Positions 10,411 through 21,031 of a stretch of 64,000 nucleotides of DNA are shown here, in pieces (the stretch's first letter is position 1; the number at the start of each line of letters is the position of its first letter). The DNA comes from a bacterium. Lineage in GTDB: Bacteria > Zhuqueibacterota > Zhuqueibacteria > Residuimicrobiales > Krinioviventaceae. Both the position numbers and the translations under genes were made by a program. The notes beneath the pieces were generated by a model. It was not told the DNA's origin. It saw only the letters and a list, made by a program, of their open reading frames with translations, and made no database searches. The stretch lies in contig OY843751.1 in the NCBI GenBank assembly GCA_963693055.1, positions 320,001 to 384,000 on the forward strand. Direction: 5' to 3'.

Positions 10411-10731
10411 ATGAAACCACCTATTTTTGTATATGAACCTTTTGACCTTATGATTTTTGAAACAAAAGAGCTGGCTGAAAAGTATCTTGAAGCAGATATT
10501 GTTAAAGATTATGATTATTATGCCTGGGATAGTAATGGTACTACATTGGATTTTATATTTGATGGAAATCGAGTCGAGATCATTCAATTTGAAAACTCTA
10601 AAATAGAACGAAATAAACTAAAAGAGATAATCATTCAAACGTTTATAAATATTGGTATTGATCCCCAATGGTGTGAAAATGCTACATGGGAAGAATTAAT
10701 ACAAAAGAGTCTTGATTATACGATCGAATGA
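10411..10731 (+). CDS. Small acidic hypothetical protein (possibly immunity-like)
   Basis: GGAG RBS, 106 aa, acidic, AT-rich. Confidence 0.7.
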   Translation: MKPPIFVYEPFDLMIFETKELAEKYLEADIVKDYDYYAWDSNGTTLDFIFDGNRVEIIQFENSKIERNKLKEIIIQTFINIGIDPQWCENATWEELIQKSLDYTIE

Positions 10732-10898
10732 TTTAATATAATCTCAAAAAATATAACAATCAGCAACAGTAATGTCAGATCAGTAACAATTTGTCTGGAT
10801 TTGTCTTGAACAGAATTTTTAAATTCAAGGTGAATTACCTGCAAATCCACCTCTCAGAGACTGTTGGGAAATGTCATAAATTTTAAAAATCATCAATT

Positions 10899-11053
10899 CT
10901 CCGTCCCATCCGTCAGCTGACGGATGGGACGGAACTGTGGCTCGAAGCTCTGCTTCGCAAAAATTTTAAAATTAACAATTCGTGTTTTGCTTGACTCTCT
11001 CCAAGTACAGCTTGGAGCCAATTCTCCTTACCAAATAAAATTTGGTAAGGAGA
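10899..11053. repeat. Stacked hairpins (second palindrome family)
   Basis: tccgtcccatccgtcagctgacggatgggacgga; cgaagctctgcttcg; ctccaagtacagcttggag; tctccttaccaaat..atttggtaaggaga. Confidence 0.7.
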
Positions 11054-11068
11054 GTGTTTTTTAACAGG

Positions 11069-11085
11069 CACCCGGAGGTCAGGAC
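11069..11085. repeat. REP-like family A, truncated half copy
   Basis: cacccggaggtcaggac matches the left arm and loop of copy 4. Confidence 0.7.
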
Positions 11086-11132
11086 TTTAATTGAATTATT
11101 GAAAAAATTTTATGTGATTTTATTGATTCTTC

Positions 11133-11160
11133 TTGCAATAAAATTTCTTTTTCGTATATT
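11133..11160 (+). promoter_or_regulatory. Candidate sigma70-type promoter
   Basis: TTGCAA-16-TATATT. Confidence 0.35.
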
Positions 11161-11604
11161 AAATTAATTCCAATTCAAAATATTGCCTATGTTTGGGGAC
11201 ATGTTTTCCGGGGAATATTAAAGCAATTACACAATATGTAGGGTATTGTTATTAGGGTGAAAAGGGTAGTTTTTGTAGTATTATTCTCGTTATTTGCGTT
11301 TGTTTCAGTTTTGTGGGGAAAGGGAAACAATTCAATTGCTGTTACTGATACTTTTTGTCAACAGGTGTCTGTATATTATGCATGGATTTGTAATTCCATC
11401 TTATTTACATTTCTTTTCAACATAATAATTAATCAACAAATAATAGTCAACGGATGTAAATATTTTCATACCACTTTGCTGGGAATGCAAATTGAAGGGA
11501 CCAGTATGATAGGTATGTTCACTACAATTCAAGCCGTTAGCATTGAATGTTCAACACTCATAATAAATAATTAATAAACTGTAATGTTATTAAGGGAGGT
11601 AAGT

Positions 11605-12696
11605 ATGAAAAAGGCAACATTGATCCTTGCAACATTAGCACTATTAATTTCTCTATCCTGTACTCAGGAAAGTCCTGTTGATGTTTCAAAGTCTATCGAG
11701 TTAAACTCGATTAAATCGACAAGTGAAAATGTTACAGTAATCTTTGGCCCTCAAGTTTATACACGTGAAAGGGGAAAGCCTAAGACTGAGGAGATAATGA
11801 TAGAATCTCCTGGTTCTCCAAACAACTATTTTTTGATTATAGAAAATGGTGGAGATGAAAAGAACAGTCAGGTTACCAGTTGTTTTGTGGTATTGGATGA
11901 TGATACGTTGATTTGTCCAATCGATATTACCAAAGATACAGATTTGATAGAAAAAGAAATAGAATTAACAGGAGAAAATTTGCTTTCTATTCGATTAGAT
12001 GGCAAGCCGGGAAGTTATATAACAGTCTCTATTATTATGGAAGAACCTCCCTGCCCGTGTTGTACAGTAACTGACATTGATGGAAATACGTACAATGCTG
12101 TTCAAATCGGTACTCAGTGTTGGATGGTCGAAAATTTAAAGGTTACACATTATCGTAATGGAGATTCAATACCCAACTTGGTCTCTAATTCTGATTGGAT
12201 TAGTACAAGTAATGGTGCTTATTGTATTTATGAAAACAATATTGATAATATCGCTATTTATGGTTTGTTATATAACTGGTATGTGGTCACTGACAATCGT
12301 GAAATTGCTCCTGAGGGATGGCATATTCCTACAGATGATGATTGGAAACAATTGGAAATGTTTCTTGGGATGAGTCAAAACGAAGCTGACGCAACAGGCT
12401 ATAGAGGGACAGATGTTGGTGGGAAATTAAAAGAAACGGGTACAGAATTTTGGACAAGTCCAAATAAAGGTGCTACAAATGAAAGTGGATTTACATCACT
12501 GGGTTCAGCATCTCGCAATTATACAGATGGTGAGTTTAGTACACTTTATAATAATGCATTGTATTGGACAAGTTCTGAATCAGCAAGTGATACTGCTTGG
12601 TATCGCAGGTTGAGTTATCTGTTTAGTACAGTATATCGGGAAGATTATGCTCACAAAAAATATGGATTTTCCATTCGTTGTGTAAAAGACAATTAA
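11605..12696 (+). CDS. FISUMP (Fibrobacter succinogenes major paralogous) domain lipoprotein
   Basis: GGGAGG RBS; lipobox SLSC; TDIDGNTY.AVQIGTQCWMVENL, YGLLYNWY, PEGWHIPT, GFSIRCVKD. Confidence 0.9.
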   Translation: MKKATLILATLALLISLSCTQESPVDVSKSIELNSIKSTSENVTVIFGPQVYTRERGKPKTEEIMIESPGSPNNYFLIIENGGDEKNSQVTSCFVVLDDDTLICPIDITKDTDLIEKEIELTGENLLSIRLDGKPGSYITVSIIMEEPPCPCCTVTDIDGNTYNAVQIGTQCWMVENLKVTHYRNGDSIPNLVSNSDWISTSNGAYCIYENNIDNIAIYGLLYNWYVVTDNREIAPEGWHIPTDDDWKQLEMFLGMSQNEADATGYRGTDVGGKLKETGTEFWTSPNKGATNESGFTSLGSASRNYTDGEFSTLYNNALYWTSSESASDTAWYRRLSYLFSTVYREDYAHKKYGFSIRCVKDN

Positions 12697-12708
12697 TTTG
12701 AGTAAATA

Positions 12709-12746
12709 TTTCCCCACCCGGAGGTCAGGACCTCCGGGTGGGGAAA
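12709..12746. repeat. REP-like palindrome family A, copy 4
   Basis: tttccccacccggaggtc-ag-gacctccgggtggggaaa, 18-bp arms. Confidence 0.85.
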
Positions 12747-13078
12747 AAGTAGCAAACCAGGGGGATAGTATTCCTATTGTACATATTATCCAATGAAATT
12801 GATAACAATCATTACGAATGATGAATATAAAATACTATTGGTTTGTTAAATTAAATAGACTGCTATATAAAACGCTAGAATCCTCTTGTAATCCTCGTGG
12901 TTTAGTAAACACTCTATCCTCATGCAACCAGGAATGCTATTCCTTTCAGTCTTAATAAGAAAAATTTTAATGTAACATATATTTGATTATTCATAAAAAT
13001 TTTAAGGGATAGCAAAATGAATGGTCTGTTAAAGCGTTACAGAGATAAATCCCTGATGGATTTACCGTTGGAGATAAG

Positions 13079-13470
13079 TTGAGGTTTTGCGTATGGTCCA
13101 AATCTGACAATCAGGAGTTTATAGCCAATGTTGTTTTTGAGGAAGGCTCACCAAACGTATACATGGTGAATGGACTTTCCATTGTTGATGAAATGATAAC
13201 CCGGATTGATACAGATATTACATCTAATCTGAGAAAAGAGTTGCCTGAAAAGTTTGCATTGTTGCCGAATTATCCAAATCCCTTTAATCCTGAAACCTAT
13301 ATTATATTTGATTTACCCAAAGCATGTCATGTGAAAATATCAGTGTATAATATTGCCGGCCAGTTAATGGAGGAGTTGGCTGAAGAATTGATGATAACTG
13401 GCCGACACAGGATTGTATGGAATGCTTCGCAATACTCTACCGGAAATATTTCCTAAACGTAAATAAATAA
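13079..13470 (+). pseudogene. Remnant of a T9SS/FlgD-type C-terminal sorting domain protein
   Basis: FALLPNYPNPFNPET...VYNIAGQ; no signal peptide; frameshift where G-x-YFL is expected. Confidence 0.7.
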
Positions 13471-13497
13471 AAGCCCCTGTCATTATCAGGGGCTTTT
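13469..13497. terminator. Bidirectional intrinsic terminator
   Basis: aaaagcccctg...caggggctttt between convergent genes. Confidence 0.75.
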
Positions 13498-13611
13498 GAA
13501 ACACTAGTCTGTAAAATACAGACCCGGCTATTGTGTGTCTCAAATATATATGCTTGGCAAATTGTTACTATTTGTTTGAGATTTTTACCGGTCTAATGAG
13601 TTTAGGCAAAG

Positions 13612-16600
13612 TTAATCCAACAGCTCAGAGAGCAATTCTGCTATATCTCTGCGGATGTTTATAATTTCCTTCCATTTTGCATCATCATCGTATCCATCAA
13701 TAATAATATTATTTTTATGTTTTTTATAAAAATCCGCAATGACCGCAGCTTTATCAATATATACGTGACGGGCTTTTTCAATCAACTCTTTGGGAGCATT
13801 TTTTTGTTCTGCGGACTCTGTTGCCATTCTGAGCGCATATAATAGTGAATAATCTTCTACACCATCACGAACAGCTTCCCAGCGTTTACTGGTAACAACG
13901 CCTTTGCCATCATAAACCATATCGTATTCAAAACCTGCTTCCGGTTGAAACCAGGTCTTGGGTGTGGAAAAATAGGTCCAAAATCCAATACCGGTATGTC
14001 CAAATTTCCAACACATCCAGGCTTGTCCGCGATAATAATTCAACGGGGATAATTTTTTACCATTGTCTGAACAATTATAATTCCAGAATTGTTTGTTGGT
14101 AGAGTGAATAAAATCCAATTGTTCTTTTGGGAACGTCATTGTTGATAAAGGTGCCCAGATATCAACATATGGAGCAATTTCTTTGATTTGTTCCATGGTA
14201 ATATGCTGAACAGGATTGGCATAAATCAGGATGTTTTTGTCAATACTACGGACCAGTTTTGCCCATTTTAAAAAGTTGGCAACATTTTTACCATGCTCAA
14301 GTCCCGGTTCGTCCTGGGGATAAAAGACAATTTTATCATAACCATAACCCAAGCCTTTTAAATGTTCAATCCATTGGGGAATAAAGCTTTTATACGCTTT
14401 TAGCCATGGATCAGAAAAAGCAGGGGATGGACCATTCAGTTTTACAAAGCTGTGAAAAAGAGTTATACCATGTGGCGCATGTTTGGCCATGAATTTATCA
14501 TGTTCAGTATAATCAATATTTGTAATTTCTCCCGACTCGTCAAATGTTGCTGTTGCAGGAACCGTTCGTGGAAAAAGGTCAACACCATGTGCCAGCTGGT
14601 CTTCAAAAGTGCCTTTCGGGTACTCGGTTCTACTCCAGTTACACAAATGCAAAGGTTTTTCTTTGGGCAGGGGAGCATCCCAAATTTTGATGTTCAATTC
14701 AACTGTGGTTTCAACAAATTGAACGTCAAGGCTTTTCAGATGTATTTTAGCTTTCCAGGTACCGGGTGTGAGTTTTGCTGTATTGACGGTGATCCAAAGC
14801 TGTCTTGCATCCCAGGCGGGAACCACAAGCAGGTTACCCGTGTTCAACTCGGGAAGCGGGTCAGCAGAAAGGTCAGAATCCTGTGTGGGTACGCTAACAA
14901 CTTCCCGCAATGTAAATACATCGTCAGTTGAAACGGCATCTGATCCTGCAGGCGCAGAAAATTCATCAAACATGACACGAAGTGTACGCGCGCTACCGCT
15001 GAAATTAAACAAATTTACTGCGGCTGATTCAAATTCTCCCTGGAACGCTTCAACAGACAGGGGTGATTTTGCTGTTTGGCCTTTAGCAAGTTCATCCATT
15101 CCAACAAAGGGTGTCCATGGATTAGCTGTATAGGCACCCAGAATTTCATTTTTTTCGGCAACAAGATTTATTATTGTTAACTGATTTTCAAATTCTCTAG
15201 TCCAGTCAGATAAATTATCTCTCAATTCACGTCTTTTGATTGGTTCCAGCTTGGAAACATTTTTGACCAATTTTTTAGATTTTTCAATAGCCGCACTCAA
15301 GTAATATACGCGTTCTGTTATTCCCCGGCTATCAGGCAATTTGGGTAATAGTTGATTTATTTCATCCTCTATTTTTAAAAGATGTGATAAATCATCTGCA
15401 AATTTTTGTTTTTCAGTATCTGTCATTTTTACAGGACGAGCTTTTTTACTGTTTTTACGTGTATTCTGGCAAAATTCTCCTGCGGATCTGGATGCCCATG
15501 CACGATATTCCGCCCAAAGTACCTGAGGATCACTAATAACCGGCTCCCATCGATACGCTACAAGATTACCATTAATTACCGGAACCACAATACATAATCC
15601 GCCGTCTCCCCAAAGGTCTGCAACCACAGCAGCGGCATTTGTACCACCTTTTAATAAAAGCTCATTTTCCGGTTCACCGGAGCAACTATAGATATTCATT
15701 TTACTGCCATAGCCGGCAACAATGACTTCAATACTTCCATCACCGTCAATGTCTGCAATTGCCGGTGAGCGCCGGGCCCGACGTTCCAGTTTATCTGACC
15801 ATTTTAATTTACCATCTTGGGTTACGCATATAAAGTTTCCGGATAAATCACCCGCGTAAATTTCGATATCTCCGTCTTTGTCGGCATCAGCAACAGATAT
15901 TGAACTGTCTATTCTGTTTTTCATAGGATATGACCATAAAAGCTTGCCTTTGTTATTTACAGCAGCAAGATTATATCCCATTCCTGTAAGGATTTCTGCC
16001 TTCTTGTCTCCGTCAATGTCCCATATAACGGGTGCTGATACTTCGCTTTTTCGGCCAGAATTGAGGATATCTCCTTCAGGTTTAAATCGCCATATTACGT
16101 TTCCCTTATAGTCAAGGCAGATTAGGGGGGTATCTTCTGAAGCAATAATAATCTCGGCCTTTCCATCACTATCGATATCGCCAACTGCGGGAGCAGCTCC
16201 AATACCTTCCGATTCAACATACTTCCAAATTACTTGACCGTTGCCGTCAAGACATAAAAGTGTTCCTTTTTCGTCAGCGGTTATGATTTCTATTTTACCA
16301 TCCTGATCCAGATCTGACGCGACCACAGTCATGCATGCCCATTTAATTGTACTAAGCATATTGTTTTCCCAAACCAGTTCACCGGTCAGGCTGTTCAGGC
16401 AGCAGAGTCTGCCTTCATGGGTTAATACCAGCACTTCCAGGCCTGTATCACCCGTAACGTCCACTAGGGTAGGTGCAATGGTGATTCTTTTACCCATAAC
16501 GGTTTTCCAGATTTCGCGTCCATAGCCGTCAAGAGCTATTACATCTCCGGTCAAGCTTGCTACGACTATATCCAAATTACCATCACGGTCAACATCTCCA

Positions 16601-16743
16601 ATAGCCGCAGACGCATCAAAATTAATATCTGGTGATTTATATGTCCATATACAATCAACATTACCGGCAAATATTTTTATAGTAAAAAGGAATGAAACCA
16701 GAAATAGCATTATAATCGTTTTGAGGATTTTTCGGTTCATCAT
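13612..16743 (-). CDS. Secreted FG-GAP/PQQ-like beta-propeller fused to GH123-like/DUF4091 domain
   Basis: Repeated PA(I/V)GDIDxDGxxEI motifs; QDEP; SKRWEAVRDGVEDY. Confidence 0.75.
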   Translation of the reverse strand: MMNRKILKTIIMLFLVSFLFTIKIFAGNVDCIWTYKSPDINFDASAAIGDVDRDGNLDIVVASLTGDVIALDGYGREIWKTVMGKRITIAPTLVDVTGDTGLEVLVLTHEGRLCCLNSLTGELVWENNMLSTIKWACMTVVASDLDQDGKIEIITADEKGTLLCLDGNGQVIWKYVESEGIGAAPAVGDIDSDGKAEIIIASEDTPLICLDYKGNVIWRFKPEGDILNSGRKSEVSAPVIWDIDGDKKAEILTGMGYNLAAVNNKGKLLWSYPMKNRIDSSISVADADKDGDIEIYAGDLSGNFICVTQDGKLKWSDKLERRARRSPAIADIDGDGSIEVIVAGYGSKMNIYSCSGEPENELLLKGGTNAAAVVADLWGDGGLCIVVPVINGNLVAYRWEPVISDPQVLWAEYRAWASRSAGEFCQNTRKNSKKARPVKMTDTEKQKFADDLSHLLKIEDEINQLLPKLPDSRGITERVYYLSAAIEKSKKLVKNVSKLEPIKRRELRDNLSDWTREFENQLTIINLVAEKNEILGAYTANPWTPFVGMDELAKGQTAKSPLSVEAFQGEFESAAVNLFNFSGSARTLRVMFDEFSAPAGSDAVSTDDVFTLREVVSVPTQDSDLSADPLPELNTGNLLVVPAWDARQLWITVNTAKLTPGTWKAKIHLKSLDVQFVETTVELNIKIWDAPLPKEKPLHLCNWSRTEYPKGTFEDQLAHGVDLFPRTVPATATFDESGEITNIDYTEHDKFMAKHAPHGITLFHSFVKLNGPSPAFSDPWLKAYKSFIPQWIEHLKGLGYGYDKIVFYPQDEPGLEHGKNVANFLKWAKLVRSIDKNILIYANPVQHITMEQIKEIAPYVDIWAPLSTMTFPKEQLDFIHSTNKQFWNYNCSDNGKKLSPLNYYRGQAWMCWKFGHTGIGFWTYFSTPKTWFQPEAGFEYDMVYDGKGVVTSKRWEAVRDGVEDYSLLYALRMATESAEQKNAPKELIEKARHVYIDKAAVIADFYKKHKNNIIIDGYDDDAKWKEIINIRRDIAELLSELLD

Positions 16744-16823
16744 GTAGATATGGCTCCTTTGTCTTGAATTATTGTATTTAACAGTTACTTGTTTGTTATA
16801 TAAATACTTTTTGTTATTTATCG

Positions 16824-18116
16824 TTATTGCAATTCATACACATGTACATCAAAAGGTTTATAATCATCCAACAGTATGCCCTCATTAATCGACAGAGAAC
16901 GTCCTTCTTTTAAGACGATTGCATTGTTATACTCTTTTAATCCTGCAAGGCTCACCCGGACGGGTTTTCTATGCGAGTTGACAGTCAGTAAATAGGTTTT
17001 ATTATTGACTTTTTTGGCAAGAATTTCAACACCTGTATCTACCGAATAGCCAATTTCATGATACTCTTTTTTGATATCAAGCTCAAATGAACGGGCTGAC
17101 AGAATGTTTTGCATTTCTGCAAGTTCTTGTGTAAGGTTGTCAAGAGCCTCCATAAAGGGAGAAGGCTCGGGGGTATAATGGGTTCCCCAATAGTTGATAC
17201 CAACCGCTCCGTGAATTATAGCATTATATGCCATAAAGCGTGATTCTTCAAAGGTTGGATATTGTATCATGGCGGAATTTCGTTCAGGTTCTTTTTTCAA
17301 CATTTCCCAGGCAAAACCCTGTAATACCATAAAAAGCGGTTTGTTCTGATTTGTGACCTGTAGCATTTTATCTACATATTCGCCAACCTGGCTGATATAA
17401 GGATTTAATAAATCTCCTTGCAAACCATCCGGAAATAGGGCATAAGTAGGTGTGATTCCATGTGGAATAACCGGATAAATGTCGCAGGCAACAACATCTG
17501 TTGCATCATTGTATTTTTGCATGGTTGATACCAAATTTGTAGGGGCATGATTTGTATATATCAAATGTTCAGGATCATTTTGTTTGATGAATTGATAGGT
17601 TTCTATCATTAAATCTGCTTCTATTCTAGGTTCAGCAGAATTCCAGGTCCAGGCCGGCTCATCAGCAATTTCCCAGCATAACAGTGCAGGATGTGTTTTA
17701 TATTTATTAACCAATTCTGCAATTCGGTTTTGATCATCTTCACGATGCTCATTACGAATACAACCGGTAGAGAGCCATGTTTTCAGATTATTATCTTTGG
17801 CAGCGTCAAGGGCTTCCTGAGAAGCATTAGCGCGTACATAATTATAACCTTTTTTTGCGATTTTACCATATGGATCGTCGCCTTTGGGAAGATGATAAGA
17901 ACCGATAATAAAGGTACGCTTTCCGTCAATCACAAGCATGCCGTCATCATCCCAATGAAATTTCTTGTCAATCTCTGGTCTGTTTTGTGAACAGCCGGTC
18001 AAAATGATTATACTTGAAAATAATATCATTTTTTTAAGCATTGAAAGAGTTGTCTTTATTAATCCTGTTTTGTTTTGCTGAGCATTTACGAGTATCAAAT
18101 TTTGGAGCAGTTTCAT
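16824..18116 (-). CDS. Putative TIM-barrel glycoside hydrolase (GH-A clan-like) lipoprotein
   Basis: HPALLCWEIADEP, DIYPV, RFMAYNAIIHGAVGI; lipobox LTGC suggests a start near 18041. Confidence 0.65.
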   Translation of the reverse strand: MKLLQNLILVNAQQNKTGLIKTTLSMLKKMILFSSIIILTGCSQNRPEIDKKFHWDDDGMLVIDGKRTFIIGSYHLPKGDDPYGKIAKKGYNYVRANASQEALDAAKDNNLKTWLSTGCIRNEHREDDQNRIAELVNKYKTHPALLCWEIADEPAWTWNSAEPRIEADLMIETYQFIKQNDPEHLIYTNHAPTNLVSTMQKYNDATDVVACDIYPVIPHGITPTYALFPDGLQGDLLNPYISQVGEYVDKMLQVTNQNKPLFMVLQGFAWEMLKKEPERNSAMIQYPTFEESRFMAYNAIIHGAVGINYWGTHYTPEPSPFMEALDNLTQELAEMQNILSARSFELDIKKEYHEIGYSVDTGVEILAKKVNNKTYLLTVNSHRKPVRVSLAGLKEYNNAIVLKEGRSLSINEGILLDDYKPFDVHVYELQ

Positions 18117-18388
18117 AATTTCCCTTTTTTTTTAGATCCACATCGAAAATATGCTGTTAACTATATTAATTTAAAATGTCATATTTTTTTGAATAAAGCT
18201 TTGTTTTAACAGGGCGTTGGTTTTTTATGTTTTACGTATAATCACGCTCTTGTAAGTTAAGCAAATAGTTATCAATATCAACCAGAACTCTAAATTGAAT
18301 TCAAGGTTAAATCAAGACCAGGATTTAAGTGAATCTTTCAATTTGTCCTGATCTTGATATATACCATCCCACAAAACTTGATAATATA

Positions 18389-20992
18389 TTATTTACAATA
18401 TTCATTAATAGCAGATTGTGCATATTTATAACCAAGATCCAGAGCAGTTTGTAAATCTGAACAACCTTCCTTGTTATTTCCAATTTTGAAATGAACAAGC
18501 CCTCTTTTGTAAAATGCCGCTGCAAATTTAGGATTTAATTCAAGAACAATATTATAATTTTTGAGTGATTCTATATACTGTTCCATCTGATATTTTGCCT
18601 CAGCCCGATTATAGTATGCCTCAATATCTTTGGGATTAAGCTGAATGCATTTATCGAAATCTGTTACTGCGTTAGTATAGTCTTGAATATTCATTTTCGA
18701 AACGCCTCTTGCCAGATAGATATCAATATTTTTCGGGTTTAGCATCAGGCTTTGATCGTAATCATTAATGGCCAGTTGATAGTTTTCTGATCTCAGATAA
18801 GCGTCGCCTCGCATATGGTAAAGAACAGCGTTACCTGGTTTGGCGTCAATTGCCCGGGTATATGCTTTGGCTGCATCGGCGAATTTGCCGGTCTGCATAT
18901 TAATATCACCCAGGTGCTGGTTGGCGAGTAAGAATTTGGGATTCAGTTGCAGCGCTTTGTTCAAATCACCCACTGCAGCGTCAAGTTTTCCTAGATATCT
19001 TTTAGATATCGCACGATTTGTCCAATATGCTGCACTATCTGGTTCAAACTTTATTGCTTTATCAAAGTATTCTATCGAGGTTTCATATTGTTTACGCATG
19101 GCATAGCTGACACCAATTGCAGACCAGATATATGAATTTTTAGGGTCAATTTTTAATGCTTTATTAAAATACTCTTCAGCGCCTTTAAAGTTTTTCATTT
19201 GTATATAGATTTCTGCCAAATCTTTATAGACATCTGTAAATTCGGGATTCAATTTTAATGTTTTATTTAAATCATCAATGGCATCAAGCATTTTTCCAGC
19301 TCTTTTATAAGCAACTGACCTGGAATACCAATTGCCGTAATCTTGAGGATTTTGGTTTATTGCATCGGTATATGATTTGATCGCTTCGTCATATTTGCCA
19401 TAATAAAGAGCAACGTGTCCAACACGTAAGGGATAATTACTGCTATCAGAAAAAATATCTACCATTTTGTCCCAGGATTCACTTTTTCTATTAACAAATT
19501 CTGGTATATTGATAGCACGATTTTCTAAAATTAAATTTTCCAATAGTACCGCAGGTGTGTCATTGCCGTTTTCATCTATATGAGTAAGATAGAGTTGGGT
19601 GTAAGGGCCTCTTTCTTTGGAAGCAAATACTAACCATTTACCATTTGGTGACCAAGAGTGCCAGGAATTCATGGTTGTATTATTACAAATCATCTCTCTG
19701 GGTTCTCCGCCTTTAGCCGGCATTATCATTAATTTACTGTCTGGTTGAAGCAGCATAAAGTTTTCCGCTTGCGAAAATACAATCCATTTTCCGTTGGGAG
19801 AAGGTTTAGCAAAAAAATTACTCTTGTTATTGTTTGAGGCACCTTTAATAGGTATTGCTTTGCCACCTTTTCCATTATTGAATGGGATTTTATAAAGATC
19901 AAATTTAAACTCTTTTTCTCCGCTTATAAATTCTTCAGCAGCTTCTGTTGGTATTACAGCTGTTTTGTACTGTTCAATTTTTTCTGAACGATATGCTTTT
20001 GCCCGTGCAAAAATAAGGTGCTTGCCATCAGGAGACCAGACAGGATTTGACTGACAATACTGTGGATTACTGGCACCGGGCAGAGGGAAATATTTTTGTG
20101 TTTGTCGATCATATATTACAATTCTTCCTTTGATTGGGAAAAACAGTTGTGAAAATGCCAGATCATCTTTGGCTACAAAAATGGAACGGTCTTTAACGGT
20201 ACTAGCTACATAACGCCCATCTGGAGAAATTTGTGATAATAATCCAAAAGTTGTTTCTCCGTCATCTCGTTTGTAATCACTCCAGGTAATTATTTTATCT
20301 AACGTTAATGGAGTTACTTTTTCAATCTCGGATATAACATAAGATCCCTTGTCATTGGCATAATCCACATCCATAGCCATTGTCTCTCCATCACGTGTAA
20401 AAGAGTGACAATTACCGCAAATTGGCAGATTTTCTAACAGTACTTTAGATTCGCCATCTTGAGAGATATCGCCCAGCCGGTATCTGATGGAATTCAGATT
20501 TTTGAGCGCATGTTTAAAAGGTAATGGCACGTCACGATAAAATATTGCCGCATTTACAGAATCTTTTGATGTGCTGATGACAACACTGGAACCGGATACG
20601 ATGGATGATCCATTTATTCCTAGAATGGCTACCTGAAGATTCTGCTCAATTGATTGGGATTTGATCTGTTCCCACTGTACTGAGTCTGGCCGCCATTGCT
20701 GCTGCTCTGTAAATATATTGATTGATTGTTCATTCAAGTTTATTGAAACCAGCCATTTATCTGCTTGCTCTATCTCATCTTTCCACAGAAAGGTAGGTGC
20801 TACAATTTCAGGAGGAAATACAGTGTTATTTGCAGGATAGGAAATATAAAGATTACCCTTTAAATTTTTATTTTTCTGCCAATTTTCTATAACCTTATTA
20901 TTGCTGTTTTGACAGTAAAATAATTGAGACATGAATAAAATAGTGCATGTAAATATACATAAAATGATCTTTTTGGATTTAGTTAACTTCAA
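18389..20992 (-). CDS. TolB/PD40 beta-propeller with CxxCH motif plus C-terminal TPR array
   Basis: CGNCH; SPDG/SPNG PD40 repeats; about 10 TPRs; GGAGG RBS before TTG. Confidence 0.8.
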   Translation of the reverse strand: MKLTKSKKIILCIFTCTILFMSQLFYCQNSNNKVIENWQKNKNLKGNLYISYPANNTVFPPEIVAPTFLWKDEIEQADKWLVSINLNEQSINIFTEQQQWRPDSVQWEQIKSQSIEQNLQVAILGINGSSIVSGSSVVISTSKDSVNAAIFYRDVPLPFKHALKNLNSIRYRLGDISQDGESKVLLENLPICGNCHSFTRDGETMAMDVDYANDKGSYVISEIEKVTPLTLDKIITWSDYKRDDGETTFGLLSQISPDGRYVASTVKDRSIFVAKDDLAFSQLFFPIKGRIVIYDRQTQKYFPLPGASNPQYCQSNPVWSPDGKHLIFARAKAYRSEKIEQYKTAVIPTEAAEEFISGEKEFKFDLYKIPFNNGKGGKAIPIKGASNNNKSNFFAKPSPNGKWIVFSQAENFMLLQPDSKLMIMPAKGGEPREMICNNTTMNSWHSWSPNGKWLVFASKERGPYTQLYLTHIDENGNDTPAVLLENLILENRAINIPEFVNRKSESWDKMVDIFSDSSNYPLRVGHVALYYGKYDEAIKSYTDAINQNPQDYGNWYSRSVAYKRAGKMLDAIDDLNKTLKLNPEFTDVYKDLAEIYIQMKNFKGAEEYFNKALKIDPKNSYIWSAIGVSYAMRKQYETSIEYFDKAIKFEPDSAAYWTNRAISKRYLGKLDAAVGDLNKALQLNPKFLLANQHLGDINMQTGKFADAAKAYTRAIDAKPGNAVLYHMRGDAYLRSENYQLAINDYDQSLMLNPKNIDIYLARGVSKMNIQDYTNAVTDFDKCIQLNPKDIEAYYNRAEAKYQMEQYIESLKNYNIVLELNPKFAAAFYKRGLVHFKIGNNKEGCSDLQTALDLGYKYAQSAINEYCK

Positions 20993-21031
20993 AACTCAAT
21001 ACCTCCAAGTTTAAAATTGACTGTGTACTTG

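Noticed and set aside
11257-11574. 105-aa ORF before the FISUMP gene
   Set aside because: Signal-like start but no recognisable domain; likely a remnant or spurious
9550-12746. Integron attC array
   Set aside because: Palindromes are near perfect, lack RYYYAAC/GTTRRRY ends and extrahelical bases, and no integrase is present in the window
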